Shown piece by piece: positions 1 through 10,018 of a DNA stretch of 64,000 bases. Positions within the stretch are counted from its first letter, which is position 1, and every line of letters starts with the position of its first letter. Source of the DNA: Chitinophagaceae bacterium (GTDB lineage: Bacteria; Bacteroidota; Bacteroidia; Chitinophagales; Chitinophagaceae). Below the pieces are notes generated by a model. The model searched no databases. It saw nothing but the letters and a program-made list of their open reading frames with translations, and was not told the DNA's origin. Location: the NCBI GenBank assembly GCA_016787135.1, contig JAEUVK010000083.1, positions 2,633-66,632 of the forward strand, in the 5' to 3' direction. A program made the position numbers and the translations under genes.

Positions 1-628
<628 letters not shown>

Positions 629-637
629 GTAAAGGTT

Positions 638-931
638 CTATTTGATCTCTTCGAAATCAATATAATCTCCCGAAGGAACTTTTGATGAAGTTGATCCCGC
701 TTGGGTAGGCTGTGGCCCGAAACCCTGTTGCTTTAATTGTTCTTCCTGCATCCGTTCCTGCATTTCCCTGAACTTCTTTTTCATTTGTCTCGTAGTTCGA
801 TACACAGGAATGATAAAACCAAAGACCAGTTTATAGAGAAACCAGGCAAGAAGGCCATATAAAAGAATTCGTGTGACTGACATAAAGGGCAAAGCTACAA
901 TTCGCCCGATATTACTTTCTCTCCCTGACAT
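638..931 (-). CDS. DUF4834 family small membrane protein
   Basis: ORF track 97 aa. It has one TM helix (ILLYGLLAWFLYKLVFGFII), a Q/E-rich linker and the C-terminal GDYIDFEEIK typical of DUF4834. The internal Met at 883 (MSVTRILLY...) is a plausible true start. Confidence 0.75.
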   Translation of the reverse strand: MSGRESNIGRIVALPFMSVTRILLYGLLAWFLYKLVFGFIIPVYRTTRQMKKKFREMQERMQEEQLKQQGFGPQPTQAGSTSSKVPSGDYIDFEEIK

Positions 932-1006
932 AAAATCAGGCTAAAGCACCATTTTTTACCGGTAAGTAGCAGGCGGGAATAATATTTTCTGCCATCAGGT
1001 TAGTTT

Positions 1007-1039
1007 TTTGGAACGAATAGCTCTTTTCCCCTACTTTTG
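1007..1039 (+). promoter_or_regulatory. Bacteroidota-type promoter for rimP-nusA-infB (-33 TTTG, -7 TAnnTTTG)
   Basis: TTTG at 1007-1010 and TACTTTTG at 1032-1039 are separated by a 21-nt spacer, which matches the Bacteroides sigma-A consensus. Confidence 0.5.
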
Positions 1040-1056
1040 TATTGGAAACAGGTAAC

Positions 1057-1090
1057 AGAAGGGAACGAAGTCGTTCCCTTCTTCTTTTAT
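1057..1090 (+). promoter_or_regulatory. Leader terminator/attenuator hairpin upstream of rimP
   Basis: A perfect 11-bp stem, AGAAGGGAACG-AAGT-CGTTCCCTTCT (1057-1082), is followed by TCTTTTAT. It ends 5 nt before the rimP ATG. Confidence 0.55.
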
Positions 1091-1095
1091 CCGCT

Positions 1096-1587
1096 ATGAG
1101 TATAGATGATCAGATAAAGGCGCTGGAGCAAAGAATAGGAACATTGATCGTAGACGATCCGTCGGTTTTCCTGGTGGAGATCAGGATCAAGCCAACCAAC
1201 AATATAAAAGTGTTCCTGGACGCCGACAACGGAATAAGTATAGACAGGCTGGTACAGTATAACCGGAAGTTCTATAAAGAACTGGAGGAAAGCGGTTTTT
1301 TTCCGGGGGGAGATTTTTCGTTGGAAATATCATCGCCGGGATTAGACGAACCGCTTAAACTTTACCGGCAGTACCTGAAAAATATCGGCCGGTCTGTAGA
1401 GGTGATCCGTAAAGATGGCGTTAAGACCGAAGGAAAATTGATCAGTGCTTCTGAATCGGATATAGTGGTGGAAGAGGAAAAAGGAAAGAGTCTGCACAGC
1501 AGGCAGGCAGGCAAGAAAAAAGAAGCGGTAACACATATCATCCCATTTGATAACATAAAAACTACAAAAGTTCAAATTAAATTTTAA
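1096..1587 (+). CDS. rimP: Ribosome maturation factor RimP
   Basis: In the ORF track 1042..1587, the ATG at 1096 gives 163 aa. The gene sits directly upstream of nusA. The sequence SSPGLDEPLKLYRQY is RimP-like. Confidence 0.9.
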   Translation: MSIDDQIKALEQRIGTLIVDDPSVFLVEIRIKPTNNIKVFLDADNGISIDRLVQYNRKFYKELEESGFFPGGDFSLEISSPGLDEPLKLYRQYLKNIGRSVEVIRKDGVKTEGKLISASESDIVVEEEKGKSLHSRQAGKKKEAVTHIIPFDNIKTTKVQIKF

Positions 1588-1668
1588 CAGCTTTGAGCTT
1601 TGAACCACAGGCTAAGAGTCAGACTCGCAGCTCACTGTGCCGGCTCACAGCCTTCTAAACGAAGAGTT

Positions 1669-2916
1669 ATGGCAAGTATTAATCTTATTGAGGCATTCCA
1701 GGAGTTCAAAGATGCGGAAAACATTGACCGTCCTACTATGATGAAAGTAGTAGAAGATGTGTTCAAGACCCTGTTGCGCAAGAAATATGGCAGTGATGAG
1801 AATTTCGACGTGATCGTTAACGCCGAAAAAGGAGATCTGGAGATCATCCGCCGCCGTATGATCGTGGAGGATGGACAGGTAGAAGACCCGCTGGCGCAGA
1901 TCGCTTATTCCGATGCCGTCAAAATAGAGCCTGACTTTGAAGTAGGGGAAGAGTTGTACCAGGAAATAGATCTTTATGATTTCGGGCGCCGCGCTATCCT
2001 GGCCGCCAAACAAACTTTGGCCAGCCGCATCAGCGACCTGAAGAAAAATGTTCTCGCCAAAAAATATGGCGACAGGACAGGAGAGATCATCAGCGCTGAA
2101 GTGTACCAGGTATGGAAAAAGGAAATTCTATTATTAGATGAAGAAGGAAATGAATTGATCCTTCCAAAAAGTGAACAGATACCGCAGGATTATTTCAAAA
2201 AGGGAGAAAATATCCGTGCAGTAGTGAAGAAAGTGGATATGAAGAATAATAACCCGGTTATCATTCTTTCCAGGACCTCCCCCGATTTTCTGGCCAAATT
2301 ACTGGAAATAGAAGTACCTGAAATATTTGATGGCCTTATTGTGATCAAGAAGATCGTTCGTGATCCAGGAGAAAGGGCTAAAGTGGCTGTTGAATCGTAT
2401 GATGACCGTATTGATCCTGTCGGCGCATGTGTCGGTATGAAAGGAAGCCGCATTCATGGTATCGTACGTGAATTGAAGAATGAAAACATAGATGTGATCA
2501 ACTGGACAAATAATACCCAGTTATTAATTCAGCGTTCGCTGACACCGGCAAAGATCACAAGCATGGAACTGGACAATGAAGGCAAGCACGCCAGTGTTTA
2601 CCTGAAACCCGACCAGGTCTCATTGGCAATTGGCCGGCGCGGGGTAAACATTAAACTTGCCTGTGAATTAACAGGGTATGAAATAGATGTTTACCGTGAT
2701 GCGGAGGATGAACAACAGGAATTCGACATCGACCTTGAAGAATTCAGCGATGAAATTGAACCCTGGATCATAGATGAATTGAAACGTGTGGGTTGTGACA
2801 CCGGCAGAAGTGTATTGGCATTAAGTGCGGAAGAACTGGAACGCAGAACAGATCTCGAAAAAGAAACTATTGCAGAATTAAGGAAAGTGTTGCAGGAAGA
2901 ATTTCAAAAAGAATAA
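1669..2916 (+). CDS. nusA: Transcription termination/antitermination factor NusA
   Basis: In the ORF track 1600..2916, the ATG at 1669 (MASINLIEAFQEF) gives 415 aa. S1 and KH regions are recognisable (DPVGACVGMKGSRIHGIVREL). Confidence 0.95.
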   Translation: MASINLIEAFQEFKDAENIDRPTMMKVVEDVFKTLLRKKYGSDENFDVIVNAEKGDLEIIRRRMIVEDGQVEDPLAQIAYSDAVKIEPDFEVGEELYQEIDLYDFGRRAILAAKQTLASRISDLKKNVLAKKYGDRTGEIISAEVYQVWKKEILLLDEEGNELILPKSEQIPQDYFKKGENIRAVVKKVDMKNNNPVIILSRTSPDFLAKLLEIEVPEIFDGLIVIKKIVRDPGERAKVAVESYDDRIDPVGACVGMKGSRIHGIVRELKNENIDVINWTNNTQLLIQRSLTPAKITSMELDNEGKHASVYLKPDQVSLAIGRRGVNIKLACELTGYEIDVYRDAEDEQQEFDIDLEEFSDEIEPWIIDELKRVGCDTGRSVLALSAEELERRTDLEKETIAELRKVLQEEFQKE

Positions 2917-3007
2917 ACAGGTGAATGGTCAATGGTGAGCAAGATCTAGTAACTCACCATTCACTACTCACAATTGACCATTGACTATTGAAAAATAAAA
3001 AAACTGA

Positions 3008-5845
3008 ATGGCAGAATTAAAACTTCCAAGATTATTAGCCGCCGCCAAAGAATTCAACATTGGTCAGGATACGCTTATTGATTTCCTGATCAGTAAAGGA
3101 TTTCCGAAAGATGAGCTGAAGCCGACGTCCAAACTCACAGAGGACATGTATCGTGCTTTGCAGCAGGAATTCCAGAGTGATAAGGCGGCGAAAATGAAAA
3201 GCGACCAGGTGGATCTTCCGAAAGGAGCACAGGCAGAGGCAAAGAAGAAAAAGGAAGAAGAAGAGATCCTTTTCAAAAAAGAAGAGAAAAAAGCGACTCC
3301 CAAAAAAGAAGAGCCCGTTGTAGAAGCACCGAAACCACCGAAAGAGGAGCCTAAAAAAGAAGAGCCCAAAAAAGAAGAAGAAGTTGTAAAGATTGAGGCC
3401 CCGGAGATTGAGAAGCCTAAAATTGTTGATAAAATAGACTTGTCAGCAATAGACTCATCCACACGCCCCAAAAAGACCGTAAAGAAAAAAACAGAGCACG
3501 AAGCAGAAGCTCCGGCAGCCAAAGAAGAAAAACCGGCAGATGCCAAAAAGAAAAAAACGAAGAAGGAAGAAGAGCCGGTAGCCGAAGAAAAGAAAACGGA
3601 AGAGGTAATTATCAAAGAGGAAGAAGCAGAAGCAGAAACTGCAGGCCACATTGAAAATATCAAGGCAGAAAAACTGGAAGGACCAAAGATCCTTGGCAAG
3701 ATCGAATTACCGGTTGACAGCGATACAAGGCCTAAGAAAGACGAGAAAAGAAAACGGAAACGTATCCCGATAGAGAAAAAGGAAGTAAAACCCGACCAGC
3801 AAAACAGGGACAGAGGTGGTCAGGGGCAAGGAACTGGTGGTGGATTTAATCGTGGTGGCCAACAAAACAGGGGTGGCGGCGGACGCAGGGACAACCGTGG
3901 TGGCGGACGCAGGGAAGAAAAACTGATAGATGAAAAAGAGATACAGGAAAAGATAAGAGAAACCCAGGCAAGATTGGCTGGTGCCGGCGGAAGAGGTAAG
4001 AGCATGAAAGCAAAGATCCGCCGTGAGAAAAGACATGAACAGGCTGAAATGGCCGGCGATGCAGCAGAAGATAATAAACTGATGGTAACCGAATTCATCA
4101 GCGTAAGTGAATTAGCCAACCTGATGGATGTGAGCTTTGCTGATGTGATCAGCAAGTGTATGGGTCTCGGGATCATGGTATCTATCAACCAGCGCCTCGA
4201 TGCAGAAGTGATCGAGTTGGTGGCAAGTGAATTTGGGTTCGATGTCGAGTTCATTGATATGGAAAAACAAATGGAGATGGAAGAAGGAGATGATGATGAT
4301 GACAATGAAGATGAGCTAAAGCCCCGTTCTCCTATTGTTACCATCATGGGTCACGTTGACCACGGTAAAACATCTTTACTTGACTATATCCGCAATGCGA
4401 ATGTAGTAGCTGGTGAAGCCGGAGGTATTACCCAGCATATCGGTGCTTACCAGGTCGAGCTTCCTAATGGAAAAGAGATCACTTTTCTTGATACACCCGG
4501 TCACGAAGCGTTTACTGCGATGCGTGCAAGAGGTGCAAAGGTTACCGACATTGCTGTGATAGTGGTCGCGGCAGACGATGCGGTGATGCCTCAGACCCGT
4601 GAGGCCATCAGCCACGCACAGGCCGCCGGCGTACCCATGATATTTGCCATCAATAAAATTGATCGCGACGGCGCCAACCCGCAAAAAATATATGAACAGC
4701 TTTCACAAATGAATTTGCTGGTAGAGGAGTGGGGGGGTAAATACCAAAGCCAGGAAATATCAGCCAAGAAAGGATTGAATATTGATAAGCTTCTTGATAA
4801 AATACTATTAGAAGCTGAATTACTGGATCTGAAAGCTAATCCTGACCGCGAAGCATCAGGAACGATCATTGAGGCATCACTGGATAAGGGCCGCGGCTAT
4901 GTTGCCACCCTTTTAGTAGAAAACGGAACATTGGCGATAGGCGATCTTGTTGTCAGTGGTCAGCATTATGGACGTGTAAAGGCCATGTTCAATGAAAGAA
5001 ATAAAAAAGAAGACGAAGCGGGACCATCAGCACCTGCTGTGATATTAGGTTTGAATGGCGCACCACAAGCCGGGGAGAAATTCAAAGTATATGAAGATGA
5101 AGCGGAAGCTAAAGAAATAGCCAATCGTCGTGCGCAGATATTGAGGGAACAGGGCATGAGGGCCAAGAAACACATTACCCTTGATGAGATCGGACGCCGC
5201 CTGGCTTTAGGTAATTTCAAAGAATTAAAGATCATTATTAAAGGTGATGTGGATGGCTCAGTGGAAGCATTGAGCGACTCATTGCAAAAACTTTCTACGC
5301 AGGAGATACTGGTTAGTGTGATACATAAGGGTGTTGGCCAGATCAATGAAAGCGATATCGTACTGGCTGAAGCATCCGATGCTATCGTTATTGCCTTCAA
5401 CGTACGCCCTTCATTGCAGGCGGCAAGACTGGCAGAGAATGCCGGCATCCAGATCAGGATGTATTCTATCATCTATAATGCTATTGAAGAAGTGAAGAGT
5501 GCAATGGAAGGTATGCTTGAACCAACAGTACAGGAAAAGATCGTGGCAAACGTAGAAGTAAGAGAAGTCTTCAAGTTTGATAAAGCTATTGTAGCTGGCT
5601 GTTATGTTCGTGATGGCAAGATCAAACGCGACTCCAAGGTTCGCCTCATCAGGGATGGTATTGTCATCTATCCTACTGCTGAAGGGGCCAATGCCGAACT
5701 GGCTTCATTGAAACGCTTCAAAGATGATGCGAAAGAAGTACAGTCTGGTATGGAATGTGGTCTGACCATCAAGAACTATAGTGACCTGAAAGTGGGAGAT
5801 GTGGTTGAGGCGTATGAACTGGAAGAAGTGAAAAGAACCCTATAA
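3008..5845 (+). CDS. infB: Translation initiation factor IF-2
   Basis: 945 aa. G-domain motifs [17 protein letters not shown] and NKID are present. The N-terminus is K/E-rich with an RGG stretch. The gene follows nusA. Confidence 0.97.
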   Translation: MAELKLPRLLAAAKEFNIGQDTLIDFLISKGFPKDELKPTSKLTEDMYRALQQEFQSDKAAKMKSDQVDLPKGAQAEAKKKKEEEEILFKKEEKKATPKKEEPVVEAPKPPKEEPKKEEPKKEEEVVKIEAPEIEKPKIVDKIDLSAIDSSTRPKKTVKKKTEHEAEAPAAKEEKPADAKKKKTKKEEEPVAEEKKTEEVIIKEEEAEAETAGHIENIKAEKLEGPKILGKIELPVDSDTRPKKDEKRKRKRIPIEKKEVKPDQQNRDRGGQGQGTGGGFNRGGQQNRGGGGRRDNRGGGRREEKLIDEKEIQEKIRETQARLAGAGGRGKSMKAKIRREKRHEQAEMAGDAAEDNKLMVTEFISVSELANLMDVSFADVISKCMGLGIMVSINQRLDAEVIELVASEFGFDVEFIDMEKQMEMEEGDDDDDNEDELKPRSPIVTIMGHVDHGKTSLLDYIRNANVVAGEAGGITQHIGAYQVELPNGKEITFLDTPGHEAFTAMRARGAKVTDIAVIVVAADDAVMPQTREAISHAQAAGVPMIFAINKIDRDGANPQKIYEQLSQMNLLVEEWGGKYQSQEISAKKGLNIDKLLDKILLEAELLDLKANPDREASGTIIEASLDKGRGYVATLLVENGTLAIGDLVVSGQHYGRVKAMFNERNKKEDEAGPSAPAVILGLNGAPQAGEKFKVYEDEAEAKEIANRRAQILREQGMRAKKHITLDEIGRRLALGNFKELKIIIKGDVDGSVEALSDSLQKLSTQEILVSVIHKGVGQINESDIVLAEASDAIVIAFNVRPSLQAARLAENAGIQIRMYSIIYNAIEEVKSAMEGMLEPTVQEKIVANVEVREVFKFDKAIVAGCYVRDGKIKRDSKVRLIRDGIVIYPTAEGANAELASLKRFKDDAKEVQSGMECGLTIKNYSDLKVGDVVEAYELEEVKRTL

Positions 5846-5991
5846 CTATCTGGTGTAAGGTGTGGGCTGTCGGGTTACGGAAGATATCACCGGCATCTGC
5901 CACCCGATACCAGACTTTTCTCCCTCAAAACTTTGTTAAATACCTATCATTCTGTTTACCGGGCAGGCCGGTGAAACTACTTTTGAATACT

Positions 5992-7368
5992 ATGCTTAAT
6001 ATTAAACGAGTACTGACTGCTATATTCCTGTTTCTTACAGGGTTTGTTGCAGCACAGGGTCAACCTAAAAAAGCCATTGCGGATAAGATAGTAGCCGTTG
6101 TTGGCGACCGCATTATCCTTTATTCAGATATCAAAAACTCTCTCGCTGATATTGCCCGGCAGGGTGGAACGGTACCTGAGGGGGCTGAGTGTATGATCGC
6201 CGAACAGGCTATCGTATCAAAAGTGCTGATGCTGCAGGCTGAGAAGGATTCTTTACCCGTTACCGAGGAAGAAGTAGAAGCTGAGCTGGATCAAAGAGTT
6301 CGCTATTTTATCAACCAGGTAGGCAGCCAGGAAGCGTTGGAAGAATATGCCGGTAAATCCGTTTATCAGATCAAGGATGATGCAAGAGAATCGGTAAGAG
6401 AAAGAAAGCTGGCTGAAGCGATGCAGCAAAAGATCGTTTCCAACGTTAAGATCACTCCTACTGAAGTAAAAACCTTTTTTGACAAGATACCCAAAGACAG
6501 TCTTCCCTTTTTTGAATCAGAATTGGAGATCGGGCAGATCGTTATTTTTCCCAAAGCTTCCCGAGACCTGGAACAGTATATAGTTTCAGAAATGAACAAT
6601 TATAAAAAACAGGTTGAAACAAAAGTTGCCACATTTGAGCAACTGGCGAAGAGATATTCTGAGGATCCGGGCAGTAAAGACAGGGGCGGCCAGTACCAGG
6701 TAAACCGGAATGAAAAATCCTGGGACCCGATTTTTCTATCTACAGCTTTTCGTTTAAAGAATGGAGAAATATCAGCACCTGTAAAATCAAAATTTGGGTT
6801 TCATATCATACAAATGGTAGAAAGGAACGGTGATGATGCGATCGTCAGGCACATTCTTCGCATTCCTCCTGTAACTGATGCGGAGATCAACCAGGGAAAA
6901 GCTAAGCTTGATACTGTCCGATCAAAAGTAATTGCGGGTACATTGGGTTTCAATGAAGCCGCTAAAAAATACAGCGATGATGAGTCCGCTAAGTTTACGG
7001 GGGCATTTGTTCTTAACAGGGACGGTTCACCGTATGTCACTATTGACCAGTTGGACAAAGAAATGGTAGCAACGCTTAGCAAAATGAAAATAGGCGATAT
7101 TTCACAGCCTGTTGCCTTTACCAGCGAACAGGGCAAAAAAGGAGTTCGTCTCATATTTCTTAAATCACGTTCAGAGCCACACCGTATGAACCTGGCCGAC
7201 GATTACAGCAAAATATCTCAAATGGCGCTGGAAGAGAAAAAGGCGCTTGCCCTTGACAAATGGATGAGAACAAATATTCCTACTTACTATATCATGGTGG
7301 ACAATGAAACGTCGTCAGATTGCCCATCTGTACAAAAGTTTGCGAGTAATGAGGGAAAAGGATTTTAA
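5992..7368 (+). CDS. Peptidyl-prolyl isomerase, SurA/PpiC-type periplasmic chaperone
   Basis: In the ORF track 5860..7368, the ATG at 5992 gives the signal peptide MLNIKRVLTAIFLFLTGFVAAQG. Two parvulin-like segments are present (SEDPGSKDRGG..., FGFHIIQ). Confidence 0.85.
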   Translation: MLNIKRVLTAIFLFLTGFVAAQGQPKKAIADKIVAVVGDRIILYSDIKNSLADIARQGGTVPEGAECMIAEQAIVSKVLMLQAEKDSLPVTEEEVEAELDQRVRYFINQVGSQEALEEYAGKSVYQIKDDARESVRERKLAEAMQQKIVSNVKITPTEVKTFFDKIPKDSLPFFESELEIGQIVIFPKASRDLEQYIVSEMNNYKKQVETKVATFEQLAKRYSEDPGSKDRGGQYQVNRNEKSWDPIFLSTAFRLKNGEISAPVKSKFGFHIIQMVERNGDDAIVRHILRIPPVTDAEINQGKAKLDTVRSKVIAGTLGFNEAAKKYSDDESAKFTGAFVLNRDGSPYVTIDQLDKEMVATLSKMKIGDISQPVAFTSEQGKKGVRLIFLKSRSEPHRMNLADDYSKISQMALEEKKALALDKWMRTNIPTYYIMVDNETSSDCPSVQKFASNEGKGF

Positions 7369-7388
7369 TAGAATTGAAATGTGATAAT

Positions 7389-7425
7389 AAACAAGCCCTT
7401 CAAATTTTGAAGGGCTTGTTTATTT
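7389..7425. terminator. Bidirectional intrinsic terminator
   Basis: AAACAAGCCCTTC...GAAGGGCTTGTTT has a 13-bp stem flanked by A-runs and T-runs, and lies between convergent genes. Confidence 0.8.
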
Positions 7426-7436
7426 ATAGCCGTTTC

Positions 7437-7667
7437 TCATATCAAACCATCAATCCTCTTTGCCAGTTTCCTGTCCTTCTCCGTCACAATATCCCCGGCG
7501 TCATGTGTGGAAAGCCATATCTCTACTGTGTTATACACATTGGTCCATAAAGGATGGTGATCCATCTTTTCTGCCTCTATAGCTACTCTTGTCATAAAAG
7601 CAAAAGCTTCACTGAAGTTTTTGAATTGAAATTTCCGGTAGAGTTTGTTGTTTTCTTCCTGCCACAT
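7437..7667 (-). CDS. 4a-hydroxytetrahydrobiopterin dehydratase
   Basis: In the ORF track 7437..7706, the Met at 7667 gives 76 aa. The sequence [27 protein letters not shown]...THD is the PCD signature. Confidence 0.85.
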   Translation of the reverse strand: MWQEENNKLYRKFQFKNFSEAFAFMTRVAIEAEKMDHHPLWTNVYNTVEIWLSTHDAGDIVTEKDRKLAKRIDGLI

Positions 7668-7715
7668 AAAGTTGATTTGGAGATTAGCAAATTGGCGTAT
7701 TATCACATCGGCTCA

Positions 7716-8165
7716 TCAAAATACCAGGTTCTCTTTGTTCTTTATTTTCTCATTGGTCAGCTCTGTTACCAGCTGAACGCCATGAATACTTTTAATGGAG
7801 CTTATCGTTTGTTGCAACGCCTCATCTGAAACAATATCTCCTTTCATTAACCAAAGGAAGTCGAAGTGTTTGAATTCGGGTAAAAGATATTCGCCATCAT
7901 CCTGGTTATTATAAAGGTAATACGACAGCGACCCAATCGATTCGTGGTAATCGAATACAGTAAAGAAGTAATCCCTTTTCTTTCTTTTAAGTTGTATCTC
8001 TATATCGTGGTTGATGCGGAAATCAAGTCCGAGAAGGCTGTTCAGGTACCAACAAAACTGGTAATCCTTCACGGGCGCCATAATACCAAGCAAACGGGTG
8101 TCTTCAAAGAATTCCTCTGCCAGTTCATGGTTATTGAGTGAAAGTTTGAAAGACCGTTCTGCCAT
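7716..8165 (-). CDS. IPExxxVDY family protein (conserved Bacteroidota hypothetical)
   Basis: 149 aa. LPEFKHFDF fits the IPExxxVDY motif, and the overall pattern (LLGI...DYQFCWYLN) fits my recollection of this family. Confidence 0.6.
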   Translation of the reverse strand: MAERSFKLSLNNHELAEEFFEDTRLLGIMAPVKDYQFCWYLNSLLGLDFRINHDIEIQLKRKKRDYFFTVFDYHESIGSLSYYLYNNQDDGEYLLPEFKHFDFLWLMKGDIVSDEALQQTISSIKSIHGVQLVTELTNEKIKNKENLVF

Positions 8166-8192
8166 ACCTGATCGTTTCGATCAAATTACGAA

Positions 8193-9869
8193 TTAAAACT
8201 CAACCGGGGCTTCGATCGTTTCATTCCCTCTTTTGAATTTCACTTTTGTCTTATCTCCTTTTTTGAATTTGCCCAGTGTTTGCATATAGGTTTCTACAGA
8301 GCTTATGGAGTACTCGCCTATCTGTATGATAATGTCGCCCGCTTTCAGGCCCGCTTTGAAGGCGGGTCTTCCTTCCGTGACACCGTCAGCCCGTACACCC
8401 GTACCACTGAAGGTATAATCCGGCATTATTCCCATTGTTACACTGAAAGCCCTTGTGCCCATCTGGGGTTCCCTTGTTTTCAGGAAAGCAAGCTTCTGGT
8501 TCTCTTTATTTAGTGTATTGATGATGCTGTAGATGTAATTCACCACATTCAGTTCCCCCATATAATTAATCTTATCTGCATCATCGGATGGGCGGTGATA
8601 ATCTCTATGCTGGCCGGTAAAGAAGAAAAGTACCGGAATGTCTTTCCGGTAAAAAGAGGTGTGGTCGCTTGGCCCGCTGCCACTGGAATCTGTCTTTACC
8701 ACAAAAGGCAGTTTTTTGTCTTCAGTGGTCACAACAGAAGCCCATGTGGGAGAAGTACCATACCCGCCAACAGATAAAACTTTGGTGCTGTCATTCAGTC
8801 TGCCCACCATATCCATATTCAGCATGTAATTAACAGATTTCAGGTCAATAGTTGGGTTATCCGCATAATACTTCGAACCAAACAGGCCAAGTTCTTCGCC
8901 GGAGAAGGCAACAAACAGGTAATTACTAGTCTTTGTTTTGCTGCCTTTCAGTATCCTGGCCAGTTCGATCAATGCGGCCGATCCGCTGGCATTATCATCT
9001 GCACCATTATGGATCAGCTTTTCCCCTGTGCGCATCATTGAATTACCGTCTTCGCCATAGCCAAGATGATCGAAATGGGCGCCGAGTATTACTGTACTGG
9101 CTGCCCCGTTATCAATATACCCTGCTACATTATGCCCGGTTCTTTTCTTTTCACCGATCTCTGTTTTCAATTTTATATCCACCGTTGCCGTTTTGTCCTT
9201 GAAATATTTATTCGCGGCATCTTTTGATACATAGATCACAGGGATACTGACAGGATCGGATTTATCTTTCCCGTTAAAGACCAGTTTATCATCTGTAGCA
9301 GAAGAATTAAAGAGAATGACAGCTGTGGCGCCACGGTCGGCCGCTTTTTTAGAGTTGTTCCTGATGTATTCATTCAGGTCGAAATGCGGGTTGCTTTTAT
9401 TCTCCTCCAATGTTTCAGCGAGATCAACAAACCAGGGCATGTCCGCTTCCTGTATGGCAATGGCCGGCGTCGCATCAATTTTTTTATTGAAGCTGAAAGG
9501 AAAGGGAAAGAAGTCCTTCCCTGCTTCAAGACTGGCATTATTGATCTTTAAATAAGTGCCCGGGCCTATTTGTTTTCCCTCGTTGATCTCAAACGCCTGG
9601 TAAAAACCATCAGTTCCTTTAGGTAACAAACCGATAGTTTCAAACTGTCCTTTAATATATTCCATAGCCAGCTTTTCACCATTGGTGCCGGCCCTTCTGC
9701 CCTCGAGCTTATCATCTGCCAGAAATGCTACATGGGTTTTCAGGTTGGCAAGCGTTAACTTATCTGCTTTCTTTAGCTTTTGGGCAGATACGGCAACAGA
9801 TACGAACAATAATACAAGAAGGGTCTTTGTGCGAGGGGATATCATAGCTGATCGGTTTGTCAGCCGCAA
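8193..9869 (-). CDS. M28 family metallopeptidase with PA and C-terminal PDZ domains
   Basis: 558 aa. There is a signal peptide. M28 zinc-ligand motifs are present (GAHFDHLG, NGADDNASG, FSGEELGLFGS, MDMVGR, SDH). The PDZ-like tail reads GLKAGDIIIQIG. Confidence 0.85.
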   Translation of the reverse strand: MRLTNRSAMISPRTKTLLVLLFVSVAVSAQKLKKADKLTLANLKTHVAFLADDKLEGRRAGTNGEKLAMEYIKGQFETIGLLPKGTDGFYQAFEINEGKQIGPGTYLKINNASLEAGKDFFPFPFSFNKKIDATPAIAIQEADMPWFVDLAETLEENKSNPHFDLNEYIRNNSKKAADRGATAVILFNSSATDDKLVFNGKDKSDPVSIPVIYVSKDAANKYFKDKTATVDIKLKTEIGEKKRTGHNVAGYIDNGAASTVILGAHFDHLGYGEDGNSMMRTGEKLIHNGADDNASGSAALIELARILKGSKTKTSNYLFVAFSGEELGLFGSKYYADNPTIDLKSVNYMLNMDMVGRLNDSTKVLSVGGYGTSPTWASVVTTEDKKLPFVVKTDSSGSGPSDHTSFYRKDIPVLFFFTGQHRDYHRPSDDADKINYMGELNVVNYIYSIINTLNKENQKLAFLKTREPQMGTRAFSVTMGIMPDYTFSGTGVRADGVTEGRPAFKAGLKAGDIIIQIGEYSISSVETYMQTLGKFKKGDKTKVKFKRGNETIEAPVEF

Positions 9870-10018
9870 AGGTATTGAGAGGGTATCTTATTCTCATGAT
9901 CTTTCTCAGCATTTGGGTTAAACTTTTGTCAGATTTTCCCGTTTGAATAAATGCGCCGGATTGAAAAATCGTATTTCGTAATCGCCATATAGGTACACAA
10001 TTCTACTTTTGCTGCTAT

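Noticed and set aside
3064-4347. Long antisense and alternative-frame ORFs inside infB (for example 3064..3699, 3820..4347) with S/F-rich low-complexity translations.
   Set aside because: They are artefacts of the purine-rich K/E/G-coding repeats of the IF-2 N-terminus, which leave the opposite strand free of stops. Their composition is not protein-like.
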